From positions 20,101 to 84,100 of the forward strand of contig BDTG01000041.1 in NCBI GenBank assembly GCA_002897695.1: DNA of 64,000 nt, written 5' to 3'. Source of the DNA: a bacterium BMS3Abin14. GTDB lineage: Bacteria; BMS3Abin14. Numbering within the stretch: position 1 is the first letter of the stretch; every line of letters begins with the position of its first letter. Made by a program: the position numbers and the translations under genes. The notes under the pieces were generated by a model. That model made no database searches. It saw nothing but the letters and a program-made list of their open reading frames with translations, and was not told the DNA's origin. This document shows positions 24,567-34,972 of this stretch, one piece after another.

Positions 24567-25797
24567 TGAAGCGGCGTTTGCCCTGGCCGAACTTGCCTTC
24601 AATTGGAATCCGGTCAAGTTCATCCTGGCGCTGTTGGAGTTTTCTGTCCAGCATGTCTTGCGTGTTCTCGGGGGTGTTCTCGGGGGTTTTCTTCGGAGGA
24701 CGCCCCAATGGTGGCCCGGACATCCTGATACTCCCCTGTTTCTTGCAGTATCTACGGTTGTCACGTGTTCGATAAATAGCATCGCAATGCACCGATTCCG
24801 GATAGCAGCCAAAGCGTTGTTTGTAAGTCTCGATCTGTTCAATCAGATCACCGGACTCGTTAAAAGGATTCCAGTCAAGACGATCCAGGAACACGAAACC
24901 ATTAACCAGACTGGCTGACAGTTTGGCACCGAATTCCGTCGGCGCGGACGCTTTGCCGCGAACAATCGGACGGACATGTGGTTGGCTGATGCTGACAATC
25001 CGACCGCTGATCCGATGGCAGCAATTCTCATACATCCACTGTTGTTGGCGATAAAGTTCGTGGATCACCAGCAAGCTCTTGTATTGACGACGGTCAAGCA
25101 GGGTGAGTGACGTCTGTTCGGCAAGTTGTGCAATGGTGTTGAGATTGCGCCTGAGAAAGCGCAACTGTTGCCCCAGAACCTTACGGATCTGCCGCGCTGA
25201 ATGCTTGCGGCTTTTGCTGTACTTCAAAAACAGACGACGAGCTTTTTGTCGATAGGTGCGCGGCTTCTGTTTGCCCGGCACGGACAAGGGCTTCGTTGAC
25301 CTGGTTGAGTTGCTCCAGGCTGAAGCGATGGCGAAAATACACGAACATTGGCGAGTCGAACGGTGCTTCATCGCGGAATTCGTGGAACCCGAGAAAGTAT
25401 TGCAGATACGGGTTCTCACGAATCTGCTCCACCGCTTCTTCATCACTAACACCAAGGCGCTCTTTGATGATCAGGGCACCGAGAGCAACACGGGCAGGCT
25501 TGGCCGGAGCACCTTGACCGCTTTGAGAAAACTGTTTTTCGTAGAACGCCTCGGCGGTATCCCAAGGGACCATACGCGCCAGGATAACCCAGCGGTTATC
25601 GCTTCTGAGCTTGCCACCGAAAGGAAGGTAGAAGTCTTCAAAAGCCAATTGATTATCGGGTGTTGTTCGATACATTTGTGACCGCCATGTGCAAGGGTTT
25701 TAAGGCTAACCAACTATTTTTCTTGCACATATTAGCATGCAAACGCGGGGTTTGTCTAGTGTTTTCAGTAGGTTACGTATTTTTCAGCAAGCCCTAC
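24567..25797 (-). mobile_element. IS5-family insertion sequence remnant (transposase internally deleted and 3'-truncated)
   Basis: [66 protein letters not shown]; candidate left end GTAGGGCTTGCTGAAAAA near 25780-25797. Confidence 0.85.
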
Positions 25798-26172
25798 GTA
25801 TGCCGGATCATTAAGGCGGACCCTACATTGCGTGCCACAAAAGTGATCATCGTTACCGGAGACGACAGCGCTGCGACCCGGGAGCTTTATAAGGGATTGG
25901 GATGTGGCGCTGTTCTTAATAAACCCTTTACCAAAAGCGATATCAATTCAACTGTGGGAAAAGTCCTCGGTGTCGGCACCAGACAGATTCACAGGGTCAA
26001 CACTGTAATACCATGTCTCGTACGAATTGGGCCGGGAGGATATGACTGTCGAATCCTGAACATATCCGCTTCGGGAATGTATATTGAAATTGATTTTTTG
26101 CCTGAGCCGGGCCGGAATTTTGAAGTCGAGTTCATTGTTGACTATATTGAAAATATCTCGCCTGACAGTTGA
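25798..26172 (+). pseudogene. Receiver + PilZ domain protein, 5' part lost at the IS end
   Basis: CRIIK..VIIVTG..LNKP (receiver C-half), RQIHR..NISASG (PilZ RxxxR and D/NxSxxG). Confidence 0.7.
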
Positions 26173-26562
26173 TGGACTTTGGGTTGGCAATTGTGGCATA
26201 AATGCAACCCCTTGCGTGTCGAGTGTTGCAAAATCAACACATGGCTGTTGTTATCCATCGCCGGCGAATTTGCCAGATTTCCGAATAGTTCATGTCCTCC
26301 ACTCAGGTCATGGACAGATCGCGACGGCCTGGAAGAAGGACCATCCTCAGGAAATTCATGATTTTATCTTTATTTTACATCCAGTTATAATCATCATCAC
26401 TCTTGTGCCGGCCCCATAATTTGCCCCCGGCCCTGTCCATACCGAAGGCTTGCCCGCAGGTTTTGAAGCCACAGCTGCGCTCGGCATGTTTATTGCTTCG
26501 CCTCACGTGTTGTCACGGATGAAACCACGTAACCGGCGGCCCAATAAAAGAGGAGATAAACG

Positions 26563-26811
26563 ATGATCAACCTGAAAAATAACCTGCTCAAAATGGGACG
26601 GACGATTTTTCACCAGCGCGACTCTCTCGGCCCCGTCAGCGGCATGTCATACTCCATGGGGCCAGGTTCCGATGATCCCGGCCCCAGCCCCACCCTGTTC
26701 TTCTATTGGCACGAGCCCATTATGGCGCCCAAGACAGAAATCCCCGTGAGGGATACCCGAGGCCCCCGGAGCTGGTTCGAAAAGTTAGGCCTCGCCCGGC
26801 AATCGGCCTGA
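26563..26811 (+). CDS. Hypothetical 82-aa protein
   Basis: Strong RBS AAGAGGAG before ATG; fills the gap and converges on the permease; no recognisable family. Confidence 0.4.
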   Translation: MINLKNNLLKMGRTIFHQRDSLGPVSGMSYSMGPGSDDPGPSPTLFFYWHEPIMAPKTEIPVRDTRGPRSWFEKLGLARQSA

Positions 26812-26813
26812 TC

Positions 26814-27821
26814 CTACAGCCCTTCATTGTCCATCCCCTCCCCCCGGACCAGCAGCCACACGAAAAACGGCCCCCCGAGGAGGGCTGTGATCACCCCGAC
26901 CGGAATCTCGGCCGGGGCGATGATGGTCCGGGCGAACGTATCGCATATTGTCAGGAAGGCGCCGCCGAAAAGAAGGGTGGCAGGGGCGAGGTAACGGTGA
27001 TCCTGCCCTATGATCAGTCTGCAGATATGCGGTGACATCATCCCCACAAACCCGATGGGGCCGCATACCGAAACTACCCCTCCCACCATCAGAGAGGCGG
27101 CAAAGAAGATTCCCCGGCGGACGGATTTGACATTAACCCCCCGGCTGGTCGCCATCTCCTCGCCTGTGGTCATCAGGTTCAGTTCGTTGGTCAGGTAAAG
27201 GATAATGAGGGCTCCCACTACCACGAACGGCAGCATGTCCAGGACGGACCGGAATCCTACCACCTCCAGACCTCCCATGAGCCACCGGATAATATGAAAA
27301 GTCTGGGTAAAATCGCTGATGTACTGGATGAACAGGTTAACGCTGGAGAAGAAGAAGCTTATAGCCACACCGGCCAGCAGCATGGTTCCGGTGGAAAAAC
27401 CGGATCGAAGGCGGGTCAGGCCATACACTAAAAGGACTGAAAGCATTGCTCCCATAAAGGCCGAAACGGAGATGCCCGGGATTCCCAGCAGGGCGGCCGG
27501 CAGTCCGAAACGGATATAGGCGGCCGCGCCGAGGGCGGCTCCGGATGACACGCCCAGGGTAAAGGGGGTCGCGAGGGGGTTTCTGAAAAGCGCCTGAAAG
27601 GACATGCCGCTTACCGCCAAGCCGACTCCCCCCAGAAAGGCGACAAACACCCTGGGTACGCGCAGCCTCCAGAATATCTCGCTCTCCCGGCTCCAGGAAG
27701 CGGGGTGTATGACCGCATCCAGCGGAATGGTCCGCATCCCTATCAGCGGCCCGATGATGAGCGCCGACACGGCCAGAAATGCCAAAATAATCAGGATAGC
27801 GGGTCGGCGGCCGAAGGTCAT
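26814..27821 (-). CDS. btuC: FecCD/BtuC-type ABC permease (cobalamin)
   Basis: RLRVPR, QALFRNPLA.P..LGVSSGA, GPIGFVG, EIPVGVITALLGGP; in a B12-riboswitch operon. Confidence 0.85.
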   Translation of the reverse strand: MTFGRRPAILIILAFLAVSALIIGPLIGMRTIPLDAVIHPASWSRESEIFWRLRVPRVFVAFLGGVGLAVSGMSFQALFRNPLATPFTLGVSSGAALGAAAYIRFGLPAALLGIPGISVSAFMGAMLSVLLVYGLTRLRSGFSTGTMLLAGVAISFFFSSVNLFIQYISDFTQTFHIIRWLMGGLEVVGFRSVLDMLPFVVVGALIILYLTNELNLMTTGEEMATSRGVNVKSVRRGIFFAASLMVGGVVSVCGPIGFVGMMSPHICRLIIGQDHRYLAPATLLFGGAFLTICDTFARTIIAPAEIPVGVITALLGGPFFVWLLVRGEGMDNEGL

Positions 27822-28621
27822 TGCCGCATGACCTCATCCGGCAGAACGATCATCCGACCCGACTGAGGGTGTGGGTAGAGGAAAAACCTCCTGTCGTAGA
27901 TCGCCTCCAGGATGCTGTTGTCCATGAGGCCGGCCGGCTGCCCCGTAAACCGCACGGACCCCTCCTTCAGGGCAACGACCCGGTCGCCGTTTAGCACCGC
28001 GTCGTTGATGTCGTGCGTAACCGCGACTACGGTAATACCCTCCTCCCGGTTCAGCCTTGTCAGAATTCCCAGGACATCTTCTCCGTGCTTCGGATCGAGA
28101 AACGTCGTGGGCTCGTCGAGCAGAAGCACTTTCGCCCCCTGGGCTAATGCCGCCGCGATGAGCACTCTCTGGCGTTCCCCTCCACTGAGAGTCCCCATGG
28201 CCCGGCGGTAAAACCTTTCAGTGCCTGTGATCTCCATGGCCCTTTTGACCACCTCGTGGTCCCCGGGACTCACCGCCGAGAAGGGACTCAGGTGAGGATA
28301 GCGCCCCATGAGGACGAACTCACCCGCTGAAAATGGAAGCGTACGGATATCAGCCTGCGGCACATAGCTGAGCAGGGTTGCCAGTTCTTTCTGGGAATAT
28401 TCCTCCAACGGCCTGCCCGAAATTCTTATTTCCCCCCGGCCGCCGATGTTGATCCGGTCCACACACTTCAGCAGCGTCGTCTTGCCCGCCCCATTGGGAC
28501 CGATAACGCAGAGATACTCCCCCTCATATACGCACATGGAGACTTCATGGAGGATAACCGTCCCGCCTATGCTGTAGGAGTAGTCGGCAATCTCTATTAT
28601 CCTGCGCCCGCTTATTGTCAT
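27818..28621 (-). CDS. btuD: ABC ATPase (BtuD/FecE-like)
   Basis: GPNGAGKTT, LSGGERQR, LLLDEPT, THD. Confidence 0.85.
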   Translation of the reverse strand: MTISGRRIIEIADYSYSIGGTVILHEVSMCVYEGEYLCVIGPNGAGKTTLLKCVDRINIGGRGEIRISGRPLEEYSQKELATLLSYVPQADIRTLPFSAGEFVLMGRYPHLSPFSAVSPGDHEVVKRAMEITGTERFYRRAMGTLSGGERQRVLIAAALAQGAKVLLLDEPTTFLDPKHGEDVLGILTRLNREEGITVVAVTHDINDAVLNGDRVVALKEGSVRFTGQPAGLMDNSILEAIYDRRFFLYPHPQSGRMIVLPDEVMRQ

Positions 28622-29562
28622 TCCCAGTGCGCCTCAGGGTGTATCACTTCCGCCATCCTCTCCAGGAGAAGAATAAACCGGGGTCCCGGCACCACCACGT
28701 AATCCTGGTTGAGTACGTAGACCCGGCCTTTGCTCACCGCGGTAAGCCCGGGGATGGAACGCCACTTCTCCAACATCTTTTCGTCAGTCTGTGGGTCCGT
28801 CACGTCGGGAACCATCTCGATGATCACCTGGGGATTGAGCCTGGCGACTCCCTCGGCGGAGAGGGCCGGGAACTTCAGGGTGTCCTTTGCATATGCGTTT
28901 ATCCCCCCGGCCATGGAGATGAGCTCATCGTAAAATCCGTCCCGTCCCGAGATATAGACCGCTCCGGCCGCTCCGGTCTGAAGACTCCTTCCCACCGCCA
29001 CCATGACCGTGGGTTTATTGAGGTCCTTTGTCATGGCCTTTACACGCTCGATCCTCTTTTCCGTTTCCATCAGGATCTTATCGGCTGTCTTCTTCGTCCC
29101 GGTCTTTTCACCAATGAGCCGTATTGATTCCATGATCCCATCAACGCTGCTGTGGTCCACCGTCAGGGTTTCGATCCCGAGCCGCTTCAGATATTCACGT
29201 GGTTTATCGTGCTCCTTCATCAGGACAACCAGGTCCGGTGCGGCGGTGATGATCGCCTCATAATTGATGTCGAAGTATCCCCCGATCTTGGGCTTTTCCA
29301 GCGCCTCCGGCGGATAGTCGCAGTACCGTGTAACCCCGACGACCCTGTCACCCAGGCCAAGCGAGAAAAGCACCTCTGTGATGCTGGGGGCCAGAGATAT
29401 GATGCGCTCGTAATGCAGAGGTTGATGGGGCGGCGGGGCGGCGGGGCGATCCAGACGGACGATGGTTGGATTCTGAGGCTCACCTTGGCCGAAACCATAC
29501 AGGAGGAAGCCCCCGGCGGCCAGAAGGGCAATAGCTGTGATGAGGATCAGGAGGCGCCGCAT
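28618..29562 (-). CDS. btuF: Periplasmic cobalamin-binding protein
   Basis: RIISLAPSITEVLFSLGLGDRVVGVTRYCDYP, PGPR. Confidence 0.85.
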   Translation of the reverse strand: MRRLLILITAIALLAAGGFLLYGFGQGEPQNPTIVRLDRPAAPPPHQPLHYERIISLAPSITEVLFSLGLGDRVVGVTRYCDYPPEALEKPKIGGYFDINYEAIITAAPDLVVLMKEHDKPREYLKRLGIETLTVDHSSVDGIMESIRLIGEKTGTKKTADKILMETEKRIERVKAMTKDLNKPTVMVAVGRSLQTGAAGAVYISGRDGFYDELISMAGGINAYAKDTLKFPALSAEGVARLNPQVIIEMVPDVTDPQTDEKMLEKWRSIPGLTAVSKGRVYVLNQDYVVVPGPRFILLLERMAEVIHPEAHWE

Positions 29563-29563
29563 G

Positions 29564-30382
29564 TTAATTCCCCGCATCCGTCATTTGGAAAGAATAGGCG
29601 ATCTTTCTCGTGGATGATACGGAAAAACCTGCTGCACTCGCAGGTGAAAAACGTGCCTTTTGAAGGGCCTTGACCGCCGCCCGGTCAAGCATGGAAAATC
29701 CGCTTGACCGGAACACCGAGACGCCGCCCAACCCTCCGTCCCTTCCTATCCTCACCGAGAGGATGACCTTTCCCTCCTGACCCCGTCTTCTGCACCAGGC
29801 GGGGTATATGGGCTCGGGCAGATCGGTTGCCTCTGCCCTGATGAAATCAAAACCCGGATCATTGCCGGAGATACCACCCGGAAGGCCCTCCCTGGGGGGG
29901 ACGGCCCCATAGGCAAGCATGGGCTGCTGCGGTCCCGTTCGGCCTGTTTGAAATGCATGGTCTCGATCAGGGGCGCCGGAACTGCCGGGGGGTGCGGGCG
30001 GGGGCGCGTCCTTTCCGGCTGTTGTTTCCCGCTCCGCTTCGTGAGGTGAGCCGGGCGGAGGAGGCGCTGGGGTTTTCATCTCGGCAGCCGCGATCCGCTC
30101 CCTGACTACCCCGGGTTTTTGGACCGGCGGCATGGCCTCCGATTTCGGAACCGTTTTTTCAGTTTTGGACACCGGTGATACCGGGGAAACCGAGCGAACC
30201 CGGCCGGCGGCGGGAGCCACGGATTCACTGTGTCCAAATGATACTATATCCACGACTATCGGACCGGCAGCCGCGTCGGGAGGGGCGATCCCGTTTCCTG
30301 ACCCGGACTGTCCCAGTACCAGGGCGATCAAGGCCGCATGAATCCCCAACGAAAGGGACAGGGGCCTGAAAAGGTCCATCAT
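29564..30382 (-). CDS. tonB: TonB energy transducer
   Basis: N-terminal SLGIHA anchor, Pro-rich linker, YP..RRGQEGKV..SSGFSMLDRAA. Confidence 0.88.
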   Translation of the reverse strand: MMDLFRPLSLSLGIHAALIALVLGQSGSGNGIAPPDAAAGPIVVDIVSFGHSESVAPAAGRVRSVSPVSPVSKTEKTVPKSEAMPPVQKPGVVRERIAAAEMKTPAPPPPGSPHEAERETTAGKDAPPPAPPGSSGAPDRDHAFQTGRTGPQQPMLAYGAVPPREGLPGGISGNDPGFDFIRAEATDLPEPIYPAWCRRRGQEGKVILSVRIGRDGGLGGVSVFRSSGFSMLDRAAVKALQKARFSPASAAGFSVSSTRKIAYSFQMTDAGN

Positions 30383-32241
30383 AAATCCGCTCTGAACCCG
30401 AGGTATCCCGATATTCCGGGCGTACCGTAGCCTAGAACTGTCTGGTAATCCTCATCAAGGAGATTTTCGACCCTGCCGGTGATTTCGAACCCATGGGCAA
30501 CACTAAATGCGCCCGACAGATTGACAAGGGTATATCCGTCCAGCGTTACCCTGACAGGTGTATAGGTTGGTGGAGGGAAATCGAGGTCGGCGTTATCACC
30601 GACATAGAGAATATCCAGCCCGACGTGGCTCCCCGTTGACGGGCTGTAGTCCGCGGTAAACCCTATGCTGTCCCGGGGAACACGGAGCAGTTTCTCTCCG
30701 GTTGCCTCATCCTCTGACCGCGTATATGTGTAGTTGAGGCTCAGTTCGACCGAATCCGTCAGGAACAGTCTGCTGATGAATTCCAGACCGCTGGTATTGG
30801 CCCCGAGGGTGTTCTGGTAGGTCATGGTGCCGAAATCGAAGTCGATGAGGTTGTCGAACCTGTTGTCAAAATATGTCAGTCCAAGAGAAGCCCTGCCGCC
30901 CATAAGATCCTGGTCTGCCCCGACATCCCAACTGCCACTTTCCTCCGGCTGAAGTCCTGGATCTCCGTAGATGGAGAAAAGCTGGTAGAGGGACGGGGCC
31001 TTGAACCCTGTACCGTAGGTCGCCCGAAATCTGGTTCCCGACTCATGCAGCAGATACGCGGCGGTGAGGCGGTAGGTCGCCTGTGTTCCAAAGTCGCTAT
31101 GGTCGTCGATCCTGGCCCCCACCGTGGTGATGAACCTTCCGCCCATGTCGTTTTGCTCCAGAAAGTAGATGCCTGTCGTGCGTGCCTTCTTCTCGGCAAA
31201 GGTATCCGTCTTCCCTCTTTCCTTCCCGGATTCCGCCCCCACTGTCAGGGTAACGACGGGGCTGAGATACAGGTTGTTCTGCCAATCCAGCTTGACCAGG
31301 CCGCTGTCGAATTCGCTCCTGTTGGGAGGATTGATATCGTTGCGGCTGTTGTCCGTATAGGAGATGCCCACGATCTGCTCCCAGGCGCCTCCTGCCAGGG
31401 AGATGGTCCCTTGCCCTCGCATAATGAGTTCCTTCGTACCCGAAACGTGGTCCGGGTCATCCCCAAAGGCGCCCCCGAAATTGTCCAGATCGGCCTTCGC
31501 ATCGGAATATCGAAATATGAGATCCAGTGCGAGACTGTCGGAAGGTTCAATGCCAACCTTGCCCGACCAGGTAGTATTAGTATATCCGTCCTTCTCCGTG
31601 TTGCCGTCCCTCTCGTCGGCAGCCGATATGCCGTCGGTGTCGAAATGCGAGAGGGAAAGGGAGTAGTTGCTTCGGCCGGTCCCCCCGCTGGCCTCTACAG
31701 CTCCCCGGATCGTCCCGAAGGAGCCAGTCTCACCTGTCAGCACTACATGGGGTTTTCCCCTGCCCCTCCGGGTGATGATGTTTATGACCCCGCCAATGGC
31801 GTCCGAACCGTAAAGAGGGCTTTGCGGACCGCGCAGAACCTCGATCCTCTCGATGTTGTCCGTTGTCAAATTGGCGAAGTTGAAGATTCGCCCGGTGGAG
31901 ATGGGATCGTTGACCTCCACACCGTCAATAAGGACCAATGTGTGTCCTGATTTTGCTCCCCTGATGAAAACCGTGGCCGTCTGTCCCGGGCCGCCGTTGA
32001 CGTTGATTTTTATTCCCGGCACCCCTTCAAGGGCCTCCAGGACGGTTCTGGCCCCTTTTCGCTGGATATCCTCGGCGGTGATTACCGTGATCGAACTTGC
32101 GACCTCCTCGATGGGGGTCTCAATACGGGTGGCTGTTACCACGACCTCCTGAACGTCCTCTTCTCCGGCCCCTGCCCAAAGGTAAGCTGGACTGGAAAGC
32201 ACCATGACCAATACACCCGTGATCAGCGCAGTTTTGCCCAT
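30379..32241 (-). CDS. btuB: TonB-dependent cobalamin receptor
   Basis: VVVTATR TonB box, FIRGA..LVLIDG, IERIEVLRGPQSPLYGSDAIGGVINI, ENLLDEDY; B12 riboswitch upstream. Confidence 0.88.
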   Translation of the reverse strand: MGKTALITGVLVMVLSSPAYLWAGAGEEDVQEVVVTATRIETPIEEVASSITVITAEDIQRKGARTVLEALEGVPGIKINVNGGPGQTATVFIRGAKSGHTLVLIDGVEVNDPISTGRIFNFANLTTDNIERIEVLRGPQSPLYGSDAIGGVINIITRRGRGKPHVVLTGETGSFGTIRGAVEASGGTGRSNYSLSLSHFDTDGISAADERDGNTEKDGYTNTTWSGKVGIEPSDSLALDLIFRYSDAKADLDNFGGAFGDDPDHVSGTKELIMRGQGTISLAGGAWEQIVGISYTDNSRNDINPPNRSEFDSGLVKLDWQNNLYLSPVVTLTVGAESGKERGKTDTFAEKKARTTGIYFLEQNDMGGRFITTVGARIDDHSDFGTQATYRLTAAYLLHESGTRFRATYGTGFKAPSLYQLFSIYGDPGLQPEESGSWDVGADQDLMGGRASLGLTYFDNRFDNLIDFDFGTMTYQNTLGANTSGLEFISRLFLTDSVELSLNYTYTRSEDEATGEKLLRVPRDSIGFTADYSPSTGSHVGLDILYVGDNADLDFPPPTYTPVRVTLDGYTLVNLSGAFSVAHGFEITGRVENLLDEDYQTVLGYGTPGISGYLGFRADL

Positions 32242-32289
32242 TTCATCACTCCTCGCCCGGCCATGCAATGTAAAAACTTCCCGGAGACG

Positions 32290-32324
32290 AAAAAATCCCG
32301 GACCTCTTTATCGAGATCCGGGAT
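32290..32324 (-). terminator. Intrinsic terminator in the btuB leader (riboswitch expression platform)
   Basis: atcccggatctc-gataaa-gaggtccgggat-ttttt. Confidence 0.7.
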
Positions 32325-32390
32325 GCCGTTTTTCATCCGTCTTTGACAGCGGTCAGACCCTGGCCGCGAGGGTTCCGTTCGCTCTGTCCA

Positions 32391-32560
32391 ACAGGCAGGT
32401 CTTCTGGCTTCCGGATTACCCTACTCGCCGCGCCTTCCCGCCCTTCGACAAGCGCAGGACTAACCCTGGACTTCCTTTGAGCAGTGACTAATTGCGGCTT
32501 TCGTCCCCGGTTACAGCGGCGGGTCCGCGACGGATTCTCACCGTCTTCCCTTGGCCTGTT
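32391..32560 (-). ncRNA. Cobalamin riboswitch
   Basis: aagggaagacggtgagaatccgtcgcggacccgccgctgtaa ... gtcactg ... gggaagg ... aagccagaagacctgcc; TTGACA-17-TACTGT promoter at 32567-32595. Confidence 0.93.
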
Positions 32561-32704
32561 AAATCAACAGTAGGGCACGATCGTCGGGATGTCAAGAATG
32601 GCGAGGCCTCAACGCATGGATCTTTATCTAACAGGGATGAAGGGGATAGAGGGGATAAACCTGCCATAAAACCCTATTTTGCCTTGTTTGCAGTGAGGTA
32701 CGCA

Positions 32705-33427
32705 TTATTGCGAAGATCTCTTTTTGTGCGCTTCCCGGAGGAACAGCCCCAGGTCAGGCCTGTCCGTGAAGATCCCTGCTACACGATCATCCGCAACCAG
32801 CATTTTGATGACGTTACTGTTGTTGGCCGTCCAGACGTAGACCGGCATGTGGAGCCGGCGAGCGGTTCGCAGAAACCCGTATTTCAGGAGCCTCCGGTCC
32901 ACGGCGAGAAAATCCACCCCGGTGTTGTGGACCCTTTCGTCGGGAAAGAGCGACCGGGGAAGCCCCCTTAAGGGCCTGGTCCCCAGCACCAGGCCAGTGG
33001 CGACAACGGGAAAGCTTTTCTTTACAGCCCTCACGGCAGAATCTATTGAGGAGGAGAAGATCACGTTTTCAGGCCTGAAATGTTCCATGGCCGTTTCCAC
33101 CACATCATCTTCGTATCCGCTTTCTTTCAGTTCGATGTTGAGCCGTATTTTGCCCCCCAGATATTGTACTGTCTCCTTGAGGGTGGGGATGGCATATCCA
33201 TCAGCATCAGCCGCCCCGAAGACCTCCTCCGCAGCCAGATTTCTGAGCAGCTTACCCTTGAACTTGTTGTCATGGTAGATGATAAGGACGCCATCGGCGG
33301 TTCTGTGGACGTCCAGTTCAATCATGTCCGCCTGCATCTCAATGGCGACCCTGAAGGCATCGATGGTGTTTTCGTGGGCGTAGGCAGAAGCGCCCCTGTG
33401 GGCAATAATCAGCGGCTTTTTCACCAT
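32705..33427 (-). CDS. Glycerophosphodiester phosphodiesterase
   Basis: IAHRGAS..ENT, IELDVHRTADG..HD, NIELK, VWT, IFTDRP. Confidence 0.92.
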   Translation of the reverse strand: MVKKPLIIAHRGASAYAHENTIDAFRVAIEMQADMIELDVHRTADGVLIIYHDNKFKGKLLRNLAAEEVFGAADADGYAIPTLKETVQYLGGKIRLNIELKESGYEDDVVETAMEHFRPENVIFSSSIDSAVRAVKKSFPVVATGLVLGTRPLRGLPRSLFPDERVHNTGVDFLAVDRRLLKYGFLRTARRLHMPVYVWTANNSNVIKMLVADDRVAGIFTDRPDLGLFLREAHKKRSSQ

Positions 33428-33461
33428 GGATCTCCGGTTATTCGCAGGATTATCCGATTCC

Positions 33462-34655
33462 TCAATATCTTACAGCTATCACACCGCCGATGGTGACGGC
33501 AAGGGCCAAAGCAGCCCCGGCGTAAAAGGGCCCCGGGATGCCCCACCATGTGTAGGCAATCCCCATAACCATGGGGCCGGCAGTCTGACCCATCCTGAGC
33601 ACCATACCGTTAACCGACATGAGAACCCCCCGATGTTCGATGGGAGCAAAACCGGCCATGAGGGACATTATGGCCGGTATGTTCATCCCGTGGCCAAAGC
33701 CGAAGATCACGGCCGGAAGTACGTAAAGGGGCACGGAGGGCATGGCCGGGATGAGAAGGAGGGCCGCTCCATAGAACAGAAAAGCTGCCTTGATCAGGTT
33801 TTTCTCGCCGAATTTCGCGGACAGCCTTCCCATCTGTGTCGAGGTCAGGGCGGTACTCACCGACATGGCCGACATGAGCAGCCCGATGGTCATGGTTGAG
33901 GCTCCGAATCGGCCATCCACCAGAAGGGGGAAAAACGTCAGCAGGGAACCGTAAAGGATGATAAAGGTGGCGATGCTCACCAGAAAAACTCCCAGGACCC
34001 CCCTGTTTTTCAGAACTTCCCATGCTCCCTTCAGGTAGTCGGAAAGTTTCTGGTGACCTTCAGGCTCAGGATTTTCAAGATGGAAAAGGGCCGCATATGC
34101 TACCGGCAGCGCAAGGATGGGCAGGAAAAAAGGGTAGTTCCACCCAAAAAGAGCCATGGCGCCCCCAATGGCCGGGTAGCTCGCGGTACCCACCGAAAGA
34201 ACGCTGGAGTTGTAGCCCATGGCCATGGCCCTCTCCTTGCCGGAGAACAGGTCCCCGATGATGGTCCCGGTGAGGGAGGAGAGGGCGGCAGCCCCAACCC
34301 CCTGAAAGAACCTCAGGAACAGCAGGGCCTTGAAGCTTCCGGCAAATCCGCACCCGCTGCCGGCCAGGCCGAAAAGGAGAAGGGAAGGTATGAGGATCTT
34401 TTTTCTTCCGTAACGGTCCGAAAGGACGCCGAGGAACGGAGCCAGGATCATGCCCGGGAAGGTAAAGATGGTGATGAGAAGCCCCACCTGATGCGGTTTG
34501 ATTCCCAGATCCTGGATGATCCGTGGAAATGCGGGGGTGATGCTTGCCACGCTCAGGACCGCCATGAGAGTCACGCAGTAGATAATGCGGAGGTTCCGGT
34601 CGAGCCAGAGTCTGCCCTTCCACGCGCGGGCAGCCGCGTCCGGTCCGGAGTTCAA
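33462..34655 (-). CDS. MFS transporter
   Basis: About 12 TM helices; motif A GVLSDRYGRK, RFFQGVG. Confidence 0.9.
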   Translation of the reverse strand: MNSGPDAAARAWKGRLWLDRNLRIIYCVTLMAVLSVASITPAFPRIIQDLGIKPHQVGLLITIFTFPGMILAPFLGVLSDRYGRKKILIPSLLLFGLAGSGCGFAGSFKALLFLRFFQGVGAAALSSLTGTIIGDLFSGKERAMAMGYNSSVLSVGTASYPAIGGAMALFGWNYPFFLPILALPVAYAALFHLENPEPEGHQKLSDYLKGAWEVLKNRGVLGVFLVSIATFIILYGSLLTFFPLLVDGRFGASTMTIGLLMSAMSVSTALTSTQMGRLSAKFGEKNLIKAAFLFYGAALLLIPAMPSVPLYVLPAVIFGFGHGMNIPAIMSLMAGFAPIEHRGVLMSVNGMVLRMGQTAGPMVMGIAYTWWGIPGPFYAGAALALAVTIGGVIAVRY

Positions 34656-34671
34656 CCGAAACCTTCATTGT

Positions 34672-34722
34672 TTGATAGGGTCGTAAAAAGTCCAGTCATG
34701 ATTTTTTTTGCAAAGCCGTCAA
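34672..34722. repeat. Short copy of the MITE-like family
   Basis: ttgatagggtcgtaaaaagtc ... gattttttttgcaaagccgtcaa. Confidence 0.6.
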
Positions 34723-34972
34723 TTTTCTCCACGAGATGGTCTCATTGCCGCAAGTTTACTTCAACGCGGGGGCATATACCAGATACAACCGGCCTGCCGG
34801 GAAAAGAGTGTATTGCCTGAAATACAGGCAGCACACTCAGGTTCAATGCCATATTTTCGTCCAATGGAGTTACCGCAGAATGCCCCTTATTCCCTTTGCC
34901 GTTGTACCGAATAAATAGCCATCTATTTGGAAAATAAAGAAATTCAGATTGGCAAACCCCCTTTGGAAAAAA

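Noticed and set aside
25181..25455. Programmed frameshift in the IS5-family transposase
   Set aside because: Conserved sequence is missing at the frame change and no slippery A-run is present; a deletion fits better.
21789..26172. tRNA-anchored genomic island
   Set aside because: The degraded region lies 5' of tRNA-Leu; no integrase or duplicated tRNA 3' end seen.
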